Origin: an uncultured Clostridia bacterium
Lineage (GTDB): Bacteria > Bacillota > Clostridia > Christensenellales > UBA1242
Assembly: GCA_944383685.1 (NCBI GenBank)
Contig: CALWQM010000011.1
Coordinates: forward strand, 18,970 to 82,969
Direction of reading: 5' to 3'
Length of the DNA: 64,000 nucleotides
The position numbers and the translations under genes are program-made. Within the stretch, counting starts at the first letter, position 1. Every line of letters starts with the position of its first letter. Shown here one piece after another: positions 8,784 to 17,394 of this stretch. The notes below the pieces were generated by a model. It saw only the letters and a list, made by a program, of their open reading frames with translations, was not told the DNA's origin and did not search any database.

Positions 8784-10073
8784 ATGATTGACATAAATTT
8801 AATTAGAACAAACAAAGAACTTGTTAAAGAAAATATCAGGAAAAAATTTCAAGACGAGAAACTTCCACTCGTTGATGAAGTTGAAGAACTTGATAAACAA
8901 AACCGCGCCTTAAAACAAGAAGCAGACACTTTGCGCGCAAGCAGAAACACTTTAAGCAATCAAATTGGCATGCTTATGCGTGAAAAGAAAGTGGATGAAG
9001 CAAATAAAATTAAAGAAACTGTAAGAAAAAACAATGACAGAATTGCTGAAATCGAAAAAGAACAAGAAGAACTTGATATCAAGATAAGAAAAATCATGCT
9101 GACAATTCCAAACATTATTGATAAAAGTGTTCCTATTGGCAAAGACGACAGCGAAAATGTGGAAATAGAAAAATTTGGCGAACCAAAAGTTCCAGACTTT
9201 GAAATTCCATATCATGCTGACATCTTAGACACTATAAGCGGACTTGACAAAGAAAGTGCAGGAAGAACAAGCGGAACAGGTTTCTATTACCTTATGGGTG
9301 ATGCTGCAAGGCTTCACGAAGCAATGATTGCTTACGGCAGAGATTACATGATTAATCAAGGTTTCACCTATTGCATTCCACCTTTTATGATAAGAAGTGA
9401 TGTTGTTAATGGTGTTATGAGTTTTGCCGAAATGGAAGCTATGATGTATAAAATTGAAGGTGAAGATTTGTTCCTTGTTGGAACAAGTGAACACAGCATG
9501 ATTGGTAAATTTAAGGGACAAATTTTAAGCGAACAAAACTTGCCAGTCACAATGACCTCATACTCCCCATGTTTTAGAAAAGAAGGTGGCTCACATGGGC
9601 TTGAAGAAAGAGGGCTTTACAGGGTTCACCAATTTGAAAAACAAGAAATGATTGTGATTTGCAAGCCAGAAGAAAGCATGAACTGGTATAACAAAATGTG
9701 GAAATACACTGTTGACATCTTCCGCAATCTTGAAATACCAGTTAGAACACTTGAATGTTGCAGTGGCGACCTTGCAGATTTAAAAGTTAAGAGTTGTGAT
9801 GTTGAAGCATGGAGTCCAAGACAGAAAAAATATTTTGAAGTTGGTTCTTGCTCAACATTAGGTGATGCACAAGCAAGAAGATTGGGAATAAGGGCAAAAG
9901 GAGAAAAAGGAACATATTTCCTTCACACTTTAAACAACACTGTGCTTGCATCTCCAAGAGCACTTATTGCTTTTCTTGAAAACAATTTGCAAGCAGATGG
10001 AAGCATCAAAATTCCAGCCGCACTTCAACCATACATGGGCGGAAAAACAAAAATTGAACCAAAAAGAAAATAA
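8784..10073 (+). CDS. serS: Seryl-tRNA synthetase
   Basis: N-terminal coiled coil plus class II motifs (FRKEGGSHGLEERGLYRVHQFEK, TLNNTVLASPRALIA). TTGATT-17-TATACT promoter. Confidence 0.95.
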   Translation: MIDINLIRTNKELVKENIRKKFQDEKLPLVDEVEELDKQNRALKQEADTLRASRNTLSNQIGMLMREKKVDEANKIKETVRKNNDRIAEIEKEQEELDIKIRKIMLTIPNIIDKSVPIGKDDSENVEIEKFGEPKVPDFEIPYHADILDTISGLDKESAGRTSGTGFYYLMGDAARLHEAMIAYGRDYMINQGFTYCIPPFMIRSDVVNGVMSFAEMEAMMYKIEGEDLFLVGTSEHSMIGKFKGQILSEQNLPVTMTSYSPCFRKEGGSHGLEERGLYRVHQFEKQEMIVICKPEESMNWYNKMWKYTVDIFRNLEIPVRTLECCSGDLADLKVKSCDVEAWSPRQKKYFEVGSCSTLGDAQARRLGIRAKGEKGTYFLHTLNNTVLASPRALIAFLENNLQADGSIKIPAALQPYMGGKTKIEPKRK

Positions 10074-10092
10074 CAGGCATCGCCTGTTTTTC
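10073..10092 (+). terminator. serS terminator, copy 1 of the ACAGGCatcGCCTGTTTTT hairpin
   Basis: 6-bp stem, 3-nt loop, T-run. Overlaps the serS stop codon region. Confidence 0.7.
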
Positions 10093-10152
10093 TTTTTAAA
10101 AGAATTGATATAATAAACTGTGAATTAAATAATTTGATAAATTTAAACAAAT

Positions 10153-10190
10153 AAAAAGATAGTGAAATTATGTTTATCACTATCTTTTTT
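10153..10190. terminator. Bidirectional terminator after the surface protein gene
   Basis: AAAAAGATAGTGA...TCACTATCTTTTTT. Confidence 0.65.
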
Positions 10191-10217
10191 CATTAATTCC
10201 AAGGTAAATTTATAAAA

Positions 10218-13200
10218 TCACACACAACCATATTCACTAACTTTAATTGAAAATTGAATGCCTTGAAGATTAGTGCAAAGGTTTTGTGTGGCCATTCCAA
10301 GTTCAGTGTATGACTTAATTGTGCTTGTGTTTGAACCTAAGTTTCTTGTGTAATATTGCTTTATGCCATTCCCAAATATGTCACTTACAAGGTCACTAAA
10401 TTTAACCGAATATTTCGCTGAACCTGTCTTATTGTTCAATACATTTGACATCTCATCTGTGGATGATATAAACATATTAGCTGACTGACTTTTACTTGTT
10501 GTTCCTGTTGGGCTGAAACTTTCAACATTTGCACTGAATGTTGCTAAATATGTTGTAGATGTTACATTCTTCTTAAACTCATCTAAGGTTGTTGTGACAT
10601 AGCCAGAGTTGAGTCCAATCTCAGTTGCCGAATATTGCCCTGCATACACGATGGTATCCATAACTGCAAATGTGTCAGTGGTTGTTCCATAACCTGACGT
10701 TTGTGAAGAAGAATATGCAAGTCTCCACCTGATTGGCTCAACCTTATACCAGTTGTTTTCATTCTTGCATGCCTCTATGGTTTGATTATTATAAATAACC
10801 ACTTTCCCAACCATTGTTGTGCCATTGATATAGTATGTTCCGCCATTAGTGGTTGCACTATTAAGCTGTGAAATCAAACTGCTGTCTGTGACTTTTGTTT
10901 GTGGCATATTACCAATTTCCACATAATAGTATCCGCCTGCTGTGTCCTTTTTTGCTTCAAGGTTTGCCGTCCACTTAGCATACACTGTGTCATTTGCTGT
11001 AATATAGTTATTTGCTCCTGTGATTTGCCCTGAGCTACTCACAATTTGTGTTCCACCACCATTTGTCTCAGTGAAATATCCTCCAAAAGTGAAACCTGCT
11101 TTTGTTGGAAGAGTTGGCACTGACGTGATTGCTGTTGTTGCAGTGCTGTTTGAATACCAGCCAACACCATACTTCATATATATTGCACTTGTTCCATTGG
11201 TTGCGCCTTGCCTGTCAAGTGTCATAGTGTAAACATTGCTAACTTGGTGCAAATTGATTGAAATTGCTTGTGCTGGCATCTTGATTTCAATGTTTGATTT
11301 ATTGCTGTTTGATGTCTCAATTCCTGAAACATTTATTGTATATGATTGATAAGTGTAACCAGCATTTGAAATTATATCGTAAACTCTTACTGTTGAGCCA
11401 TATGCTATTTGCTGATAAAAATCTGTTGCATTAGTTGCCTTAACCGTGCCATTGGCACTGACATCAAAACTTCCCAAAAAATTGCTTACCCCAGAACCAT
11501 TAAGTGTCATATTAACATCAACATAATACGAATTTACTTGCCAAACGGCATAAAGCGTCATATTTTGAGAACTTGAATATCCTGGCATAATAGTATAAGT
11601 TGCGCTAGCAACATAGTCTGCACTTGTTGCTGTTGAGCTTGTCGACCAGCCTAGAAAAGTGTAACCAGTTCTCGTTGGTTCAGAACTTGTAATTGTAAAA
11701 TTCGCCGATGTGATATATGATGAGGAAACAGTCGCGTTACTCATGTTCCAATACTGTGTCACATGTTGCGAAGATATACTTCCAGAACCACCATTGACAT
11801 TATAATCTAATGTTATCGTACGAGAAGCTATCGCATATAACGAAATAGTAGAAGTTGAAGTTAATGTTACCGACTGATTTGGAGAATAAGTAAGTGAAGT
11901 CCCTGTTGAACTCGTTCTCCATCCATACAAACTCCAGCCATTTGAGGAATAAAAGGTATAATTTAAAGAAGACTGAGTAAGTGTAGAGAAACTTTGCCCA
12001 TAAGTTCTTGTTTGATTTTGCGATCTCAATGTCGTAGGAGATGTTGTGCTTCGATAATAATATGTGTTTGTGTAATCATTTATCTCCCACACAGCAAAAA
12101 GAATAGTACTATTTGAAGATGAATAAGAACGATATCCAAGTGAATATGTATCACCTGGCTCATAAGTTGCACTTGTTGCAGTTGAACTTGTTGACCAACC
12201 TAGAAAAGTATATCCCGTTCGCGTTGGCTTTGAACTTGTGATTGAAAAACTTACTGATGTCATGTATGACAAAGAAGCAGATGTGCTATACATATTCCAA
12301 TATTGAGTTGTTGTTTGCGAACTGGGGACATTCGAACCACCATTCGCATGATATGTAAGGGTAATTGTTCTTTGTGCTATTGCATAAAAGGTTTGAGTGG
12401 AGGTGGTCGTTAAGGCTATCCACTGACCAGGATAAAAATTTATTCCTGTTCCAGTTGTGCTTGCAGTTCTCCAACCATATAAACTCCAACCATTTGTGGT
12501 GTAAAAAGGATAACTTAAGGAAGATTGTGCAAGTGTTGCAAAATCTTCTTCATAATATCTTGTTTGTGTTTGAGACCTTCTAGTTGTTGGAGTTGTTGAA
12601 CTTCTGTAATAATATCTATTTGTATAACTATTCGGCTCCCATACTGCATTCATAGTAATTGTGGTTTTTCCAATTTTTTTCAACTCACTCCAAGGAATTG
12701 TTAATCCAGCAGAATATCCAACACCACCTTCTATTTCCCAACATGCAAATGTATAACCTTCTTTTTTAGGTTTTTCACGGGGCAAAGTATAATCATAACG
12801 TGCCCATGTTGTTTCAGAAGGCATACTACTACCGCCATCAGTATCAAATATAATATCTATTTCTTCCAAAAAATTAACATAAATTTCCGCCTCAAAATAT
12901 GTAGATACAGCAGATAGGGGGTCTATATTTGACAGAGTAGGATAAGTATTATCTTGCCCCCAAATATAAGTTGGACTACTTTCAGAAGCAAGCATATAAT
13001 CATCAAAAAAAGGAGCCTCTAAGGTTATAATAGGCCTCCAATTAACAGTTTTATTAAGTCTTATTTCTACATACCTATTAACTGGCCCTCCGGTCCATGT
13101 GTATCTAAAATATAATAAATTAGTTGCATATGTGTCATCGGCTGTTCCACCAGCACTGTAATATCCATAAGCAGCTGTTCTAGTTGGAGTTACACCCCAT

Positions 13201-13571
13201 GTCCTTAGAGTTCCATGGTTACTGGTCCCGTCACCTTCATGCCAGTAAGTAGAAAACCTGCCAACATCAAGATACCTTGACCGTATTTGACTATAACTTA
13301 ATTCTTCACCATCAATATTATATGCCACAGCTTGAACACCAAAACTTACACCTTGTGCCGATATCTCGTCTCCATCTTCTTGATTCTCATTATCAAAGTT
13401 ATTGTCAAAATTATCATTGTTTATATCACTTGGATTGCCTTCATTTTCATTGTTCTCTTCATTACCTTCTTGGGAATAAGATTGATTGCAGCCTGCTAAA
13501 AGGAAGGCACTTCCAGTGAGTGCAGTCCCAATAAACAAAAATGAAAATAAAACCAAAAACAACTTTTTCAT
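10218..13571 (-). CDS. Large surface lipoprotein with Listeria-Bacteroides (InlB B-repeat/Flg_new-like) repeats and a DUF6273-like C-terminal domain
   Basis: Signal peptide with lipobox LLAGC, then an Asn/Asp/Glu-rich linker. Repeated GYTFLGWSTSSTATSA.Y motifs. C-terminal YKVEPIRWRL motif. Confidence 0.8.
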   Translation of the reverse strand: MKKLFLVLFSFLFIGTALTGSAFLLAGCNQSYSQEGNEENNENEGNPSDINNDNFDNNFDNENQEDGDEISAQGVSFGVQAVAYNIDGEELSYSQIRSRYLDVGRFSTYWHEGDGTSNHGTLRTWGVTPTRTAAYGYYSAGGTADDTYATNLLYFRYTWTGGPVNRYVEIRLNKTVNWRPIITLEAPFFDDYMLASESSPTYIWGQDNTYPTLSNIDPLSAVSTYFEAEIYVNFLEEIDIIFDTDGGSSMPSETTWARYDYTLPREKPKKEGYTFACWEIEGGVGYSAGLTIPWSELKKIGKTTITMNAVWEPNSYTNRYYYRSSTTPTTRRSQTQTRYYEEDFATLAQSSLSYPFYTTNGWSLYGWRTASTTGTGINFYPGQWIALTTTSTQTFYAIAQRTITLTYHANGGSNVPSSQTTTQYWNMYSTSASLSYMTSVSFSITSSKPTRTGYTFLGWSTSSTATSATYEPGDTYSLGYRSYSSSNSTILFAVWEINDYTNTYYYRSTTSPTTLRSQNQTRTYGQSFSTLTQSSLNYTFYSSNGWSLYGWRTSSTGTSLTYSPNQSVTLTSTSTISLYAIASRTITLDYNVNGGSGSISSQHVTQYWNMSNATVSSSYITSANFTITSSEPTRTGYTFLGWSTSSTATSADYVASATYTIMPGYSSSQNMTLYAVWQVNSYYVDVNMTLNGSGVSNFLGSFDVSANGTVKATNATDFYQQIAYGSTVRVYDIISNAGYTYQSYTINVSGIETSNSNKSNIEIKMPAQAISINLHQVSNVYTMTLDRQGATNGTSAIYMKYGVGWYSNSTATTAITSVPTLPTKAGFTFGGYFTETNGGGTQIVSSSGQITGANNYITANDTVYAKWTANLEAKKDTAGGYYYVEIGNMPQTKVTDSSLISQLNSATTNGGTYYINGTTMVGKVVIYNNQTIEACKNENNWYKVEPIRWRLAYSSSQTSGYGTTTDTFAVMDTIVYAGQYSATEIGLNSGYVTTTLDEFKKNVTSTTYLATFSANVESFSPTGTTSKSQSANMFISSTDEMSNVLNNKTGSAKYSVKFSDLVSDIFGNGIKQYYTRNLGSNTSTIKSYTELGMATQNLCTNLQGIQFSIKVSEYGCV
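11535..12632 (-). repeat. Intragenic tandem duplication (2 x ~183 codons) inside the surface lipoprotein gene
   Basis: Residues ~314-497 (NSYTNRYYYRSSTTPTT...LFAVWEI) and ~498-679 (NDYTNTYYYRSTTSPTT...LYAVWQV) align end to end. Confidence 0.8.
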
Positions 13572-13577
13572 ATTTTG

Positions 13578-13606
13578 ATTTTATCAAATCCCCCCCCCCG
13601 AGTCAA
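13578..13606 (-). promoter_or_regulatory. Sigma-A-type promoter with a G10 tract in its 17-bp spacer; -10 lies 6 nt from the ATG
   Basis: Minus strand reads TTGACT c GGGGGGGGGG atttga TAAAAT caaaat ATG. The C-run on the plus strand is 13590-13599. Confidence 0.6.
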
Positions 13607-13782
13607 CTTTTTTGAGGTATTTTTATATATATTAATGATAATTTACTAGAATACTTACTAGCAGTAATCAAATAATCATTGAAACATCGTTTTTTATTTT
13701 TATAATATTGCTAATATTTAAGTACAAAATTAAACGAAAAAAAGAAGGAATAACTTCTTTTCTCTTATAAAAATCAAATTAA

Positions 13783-14745
13783 TTATAAGTCTTTTAAATT
13801 GTAGTATATATCGGTAGGCTTAGTCTCTTGATAATCATTTAAAATGTAATTGTCAATTAATATATATCCATTGCAAAGGCGTTCATATGTCCATTCTTTC
13901 CCCTTTAAAGGTTGTCCATCTTCGCCATACATTATGTTTCCTTCATCATCATAGACATAGTCACACACAACATTTCCATTGGCATCAACAAGTTTACCCT
14001 CGCTGTTTATTTGTTTATAAATGGAACTATCCAAAGCAAACATAAGTTGAAACTTGTTTTCCAAAGCAAAATCAATGTTGTTAATCACATATGTTCTGCC
14101 CTGAAAAGTTGTTAATGTGATAGAGTCATATTCTTTATCTGTTATTTCAACATGATTTTTAGAAAGTGTTAAACTTTTAATAAATCCGCGACTTTCTGTT
14201 AAATTTCTGTTATTTGCTAAAAGTGCATTATAAATATTTTTAACTCCGTTCTGTTCAACAAGCAAAAAGTCGCCAATTTTACATTCATCATTAAGCACAT
14301 TAAGCCCTTCAAGAAGTATTGGATTTTCCCTATCATTTTGAAATTCGTTTTCAATCCTAAGTATTCTTAAATCGTCGTCACAAATAAGGTACTTATCTTG
14401 TAAATTTATTGCAAAAACTTCCTCTCGTTCTGCAACATGGATAACATATTTATTAGGAAACACTGTTTCAATGTTGACAACTTCAAGATATGCAAAATTT
14501 TCATTTTCCTGGATTTTACTGTTGATATTATCTATGTATTTATTTTTACCATCAAAAAGCACACTTGCACCATAATTAAACTTGCCAGCATCAACAATTT
14601 CTTCACTTGTTATTGTTAAGTTCTTTGTTGTGGTCTTAAAGTCAACTTTAACCGTAGATAAAGCAAATAGCGTCCAAAATGAAATTAATATCGCCGCTAT
14701 TAAAGCAATCACTATTGAAAGGGTTATAATGGCTTTTTTACTCAA
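13783..14745 (-). CDS. ftsQ: FtsQ/DivIB-like cell division protein
   Basis: Single N-terminal TM helix plus an extracellular domain. Overlaps the murA stop and sits at the canonical dcw position. Sequence is divergent. Confidence 0.65.
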   Translation of the reverse strand: MSKKAIITLSIVIALIAAILISFWTLFALSTVKVDFKTTTKNLTITSEEIVDAGKFNYGASVLFDGKNKYIDNINSKIQENENFAYLEVVNIETVFPNKYVIHVAEREEVFAINLQDKYLICDDDLRILRIENEFQNDRENPILLEGLNVLNDECKIGDFLLVEQNGVKNIYNALLANNRNLTESRGFIKSLTLSKNHVEITDKEYDSITLTTFQGRTYVINNIDFALENKFQLMFALDSSIYKQINSEGKLVDANGNVVCDYVYDDEGNIMYGEDGQPLKGKEWTYERLCNGYILIDNYILNDYQETKPTDIYYNLKDL

Positions 14746-16000
14746 TTTTTATCCTTTTTATATCAGCCCCGATGGAGGATAGCTTTTCTTCAAATTTTTC
14801 ATATCCTCTGTCGATAAAATGGACATTATGCACCGTTGTGTAACCATCTGCAATAAGTCCAGCCAAAACCAAACCTGCGCCAGCCCTAAGGTCTGTTGCA
14901 AAAACATCTGCGCCATAAAGTTTTTCAACACCAGATATAACTGCAATTCTGTCTTTCACAAGAATATCTGCACCCATTTTGTTTAGTTCCATAACATGAT
15001 TGAACCTGTTTTCAAAAACATTTTCCTTTAAAACACATGTTCCGTTCGCCACAGACTCCAAAGTCATAATTTGAGGTTGCAAATCTGTTGGAAAATTTGG
15101 AAATGGTGCGGTTTCAAGAAAGCGGCATGCCTTGTTGCGTCCATTTGCTGATATAATAATATTATCATTTTTCTCAACAATTTCGCAAGCGGTTTCTTTA
15201 AGAATATTAAGTAAATACTCATTATGTTCTTTTTTAAAGCCATTTATTTGCAATTTTTGTCCACACAGTGCTCCAAGAATTAAATAAGTCCCAGCAATTA
15301 TTCGGTCAGGGAAAACTTTGAAAGTCCCACCCTGCAATTTTGGCACTCCATTAATTTCAATAACATCCGTTCCTGCTCCTTGAACGTCAGCTCCCATTGC
15401 ATTTAAAAATCTTGCAAGTTCCACAATCTCCGGCTCTTTTGCAACATTGCAAAGTGTTGTCCTTCCTTTTAAAAGACAAGTACACATCATTAAACTTTCC
15501 GTTGCCCCAACACTGACAGAGCTGAAAGTGACCTTGCCCGCTTTCATGTTTGAAGCATTGCAATAAATATATCCATGCTTTTCAATAACTTTTACCCCTA
15601 AACTTTTAAACGCATTAAGATGAATATCAATTGGACGTTGGCCAATGTTGCAACCACCAGGATAAGAAATCACAGCCTGCCTAAATTTGCCAAGCATTGC
15701 ACCCAATAAAAAAATTGATGCCCTAAGTTTGTTTGTAAGCTCATGTGTGATTTTTTCATTTTTAACATTTGTTGTGTCGAGTTTTAAAAATTCACCACTA
15801 CTAAATAATTTAACATTTAACCTTTTTAAGATTTCACACATGTTATGTATATCGGTAAAATTTGGAACATTATGAAATATCACTTCACCATCACACAAAA
15901 TTGTTCCCGCAAGAATTGGCAAATATGCATTTTTTGACGCTTCAACATTCACCTTTCCGCTTAAAATTTTACCGCCATTAATCAAAAATAATTCTTCCAT
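14738..16000 (-). CDS. murA: UDP-N-acetylglucosamine 1-carboxyvinyltransferase
   Basis: 420 aa EPSP-synthase fold, with GGCNIGQRPIDIHL around the catalytic Cys and DRGYEKFEEKL at the C-terminus. Confidence 0.93.
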   Translation of the reverse strand: MEELFLINGGKILSGKVNVEASKNAYLPILAGTILCDGEVIFHNVPNFTDIHNMCEILKRLNVKLFSSGEFLKLDTTNVKNEKITHELTNKLRASIFLLGAMLGKFRQAVISYPGGCNIGQRPIDIHLNAFKSLGVKVIEKHGYIYCNASNMKAGKVTFSSVSVGATESLMMCTCLLKGRTTLCNVAKEPEIVELARFLNAMGADVQGAGTDVIEINGVPKLQGGTFKVFPDRIIAGTYLILGALCGQKLQINGFKKEHNEYLLNILKETACEIVEKNDNIIISANGRNKACRFLETAPFPNFPTDLQPQIMTLESVANGTCVLKENVFENRFNHVMELNKMGADILVKDRIAVISGVEKLYGADVFATDLRAGAGLVLAGLIADGYTTVHNVHFIDRGYEKFEEKLSSIGADIKRIKIE

Positions 16001-16236
16001 ATAAAAGTATATGGGAATAAAAATATTAAAGTTACAATAATATTTTTTATTATTTTTTAATTCGCTAAAATAATATTTAAAATCTATTTTTTTAATTAAA
16101 AAACATTTTTTATTATTTTTTCTTTAAATTTTTGCATATTTTTTAATTTTTTTTGATATTTTCTATTTATTTTTTATTTTTTCTTTATTTTTATAATTTT
16201 TTCTTAAATTATTTTCCTTTTAATTAAACATGGTTT

Positions 16237-17394
16237 TTAGCCCCGCTTAGAATATCTATGAACATTTAAACAAACACCAACGCCAGCCATAAAAACGGCA
16301 ACAGAAGTTCCCCCACTTGAAATGAATGGCAGTGGAAGTCCTGTTGGAGGTATTGAACCTGTGACAACCGCAACATTTAAAAGCGTTTGCACAGCAATCA
16401 AAATTCCAACCCCACATGCAAGAAGGCACCCAAACCTATCTTTTGCATTAAGACCTATCTTTATCAAAAAATAAACTAAAACTGCAAATATAGTTAAAAG
16501 TAAAATTCCACCAATAAGTCCAAATTCTTCCCCTATAATTGAAAATATAAAATCCGATTCTGCAAAAGGAAGAAAAAGATATTTTTGCCTTGAATTGAAA
16601 AGTCCAACTCCAAAAAGCCCGCCGTTTCCCAAACTATATAGCGATTGAATAAGTTGAAAACCTTCCCCTTGTGGCGATACCCATGGGTCCAAAAATGCAA
16701 AAAGCCTTTTCATTCTGTAAGGTTCAGCAAAAATCAAAAGTGGAACACATGCCCCTGCAATACCAGAAAAAATAAGTGTGTGTTTTTTGTTTATTCCACC
16801 AATTATAAGCATAAAAAATGTTAAAAATGCCAAACACATTGTAACACTCATACTTGGTTCAATGATAACAAGTAAACACAAAACCCCTGCAACAGCAAGA
16901 GCCGGCAAAAGCCCTTTAAAAGTTTTAATCTTCTCGTGGTTATCAGCAAGGTAACTTGCCAAAAACAAAACAAGTGCAAATTTGGTTATTTCCGAAGGTT
17001 GAATGGAAATGCCAAAAAAATTGACCCAACGATTAGCCCCATAACTTTGAACTCCAAAGCCAGGAACAAAAACCAAAATCAAAAGAACAACACAAACTGC
17101 TAATATAATGTAACGAAATTTTTTCAGTAAGTGATAATCAAAAAATGTAAAAAAAATCATTGCAAAAATTCCAAGTGCAACACCAAGAAGTTGTTTAAAA
17201 AGGAAAAAATATTGATTTCCATACCTTATTTCCGCCGTATAGTAACTTGCACTGTAAACCATCAAACAGCCAAACCCAACAAGAAAAAGAACAAGCAGAA
17301 AAACAGAAATTGTGGTAAAATCAAATTTTTTGCCACTTTTTTCGTAATATTTTGGGAAAAAATTGATATTTTTTATCTTTTTTAAATTAATCAC
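16237..17394 (-). CDS. spoVE: SEDS family peptidoglycan polymerase FtsW/SpoVE
   Basis: 10-TM SEDS pattern (QPSE..K, SDFIFS.IGEE.G, PTGLPLPFISSGGTS). Confidence 0.9.
   Translation of the reverse strand: MINLKKIKNINFFPKYYEKSGKKFDFTTISVFLLVLFLVGFGCLMVYSASYYTAEIRYGNQYFFLFKQLLGVALGIFAMIFFTFFDYHLLKKFRYIILAVCVVLLILVFVPGFGVQSYGANRWVNFFGISIQPSEITKFALVLFLASYLADNHEKIKTFKGLLPALAVAGVLCLLVIIEPSMSVTMCLAFLTFFMLIIGGINKKHTLIFSGIAGACVPLLIFAEPYRMKRLFAFLDPWVSPQGEGFQLIQSLYSLGNGGLFGVGLFNSRQKYLFLPFAESDFIFSIIGEEFGLIGGILLLTIFAVLVYFLIKIGLNAKDRFGCLLACGVGILIAVQTLLNVAVVTGSIPPTGLPLPFISSGGTSVAVFMAGVGVCLNVHRYSKRG

Noticed and set aside
16001-16236. Repetitive AT-rich intergenic tracts (also 23389-23533, 57346-57480, 62574-62712), checked as possible CRISPR arrays or minisatellites.
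   Set aside because: There are no exact direct repeats of 24-40 nt with unique spacers and no cas genes. The periodicity is about 10 nt A-tract phasing, not a repeat-spacer structure. They are reported instead as an A-tract element.
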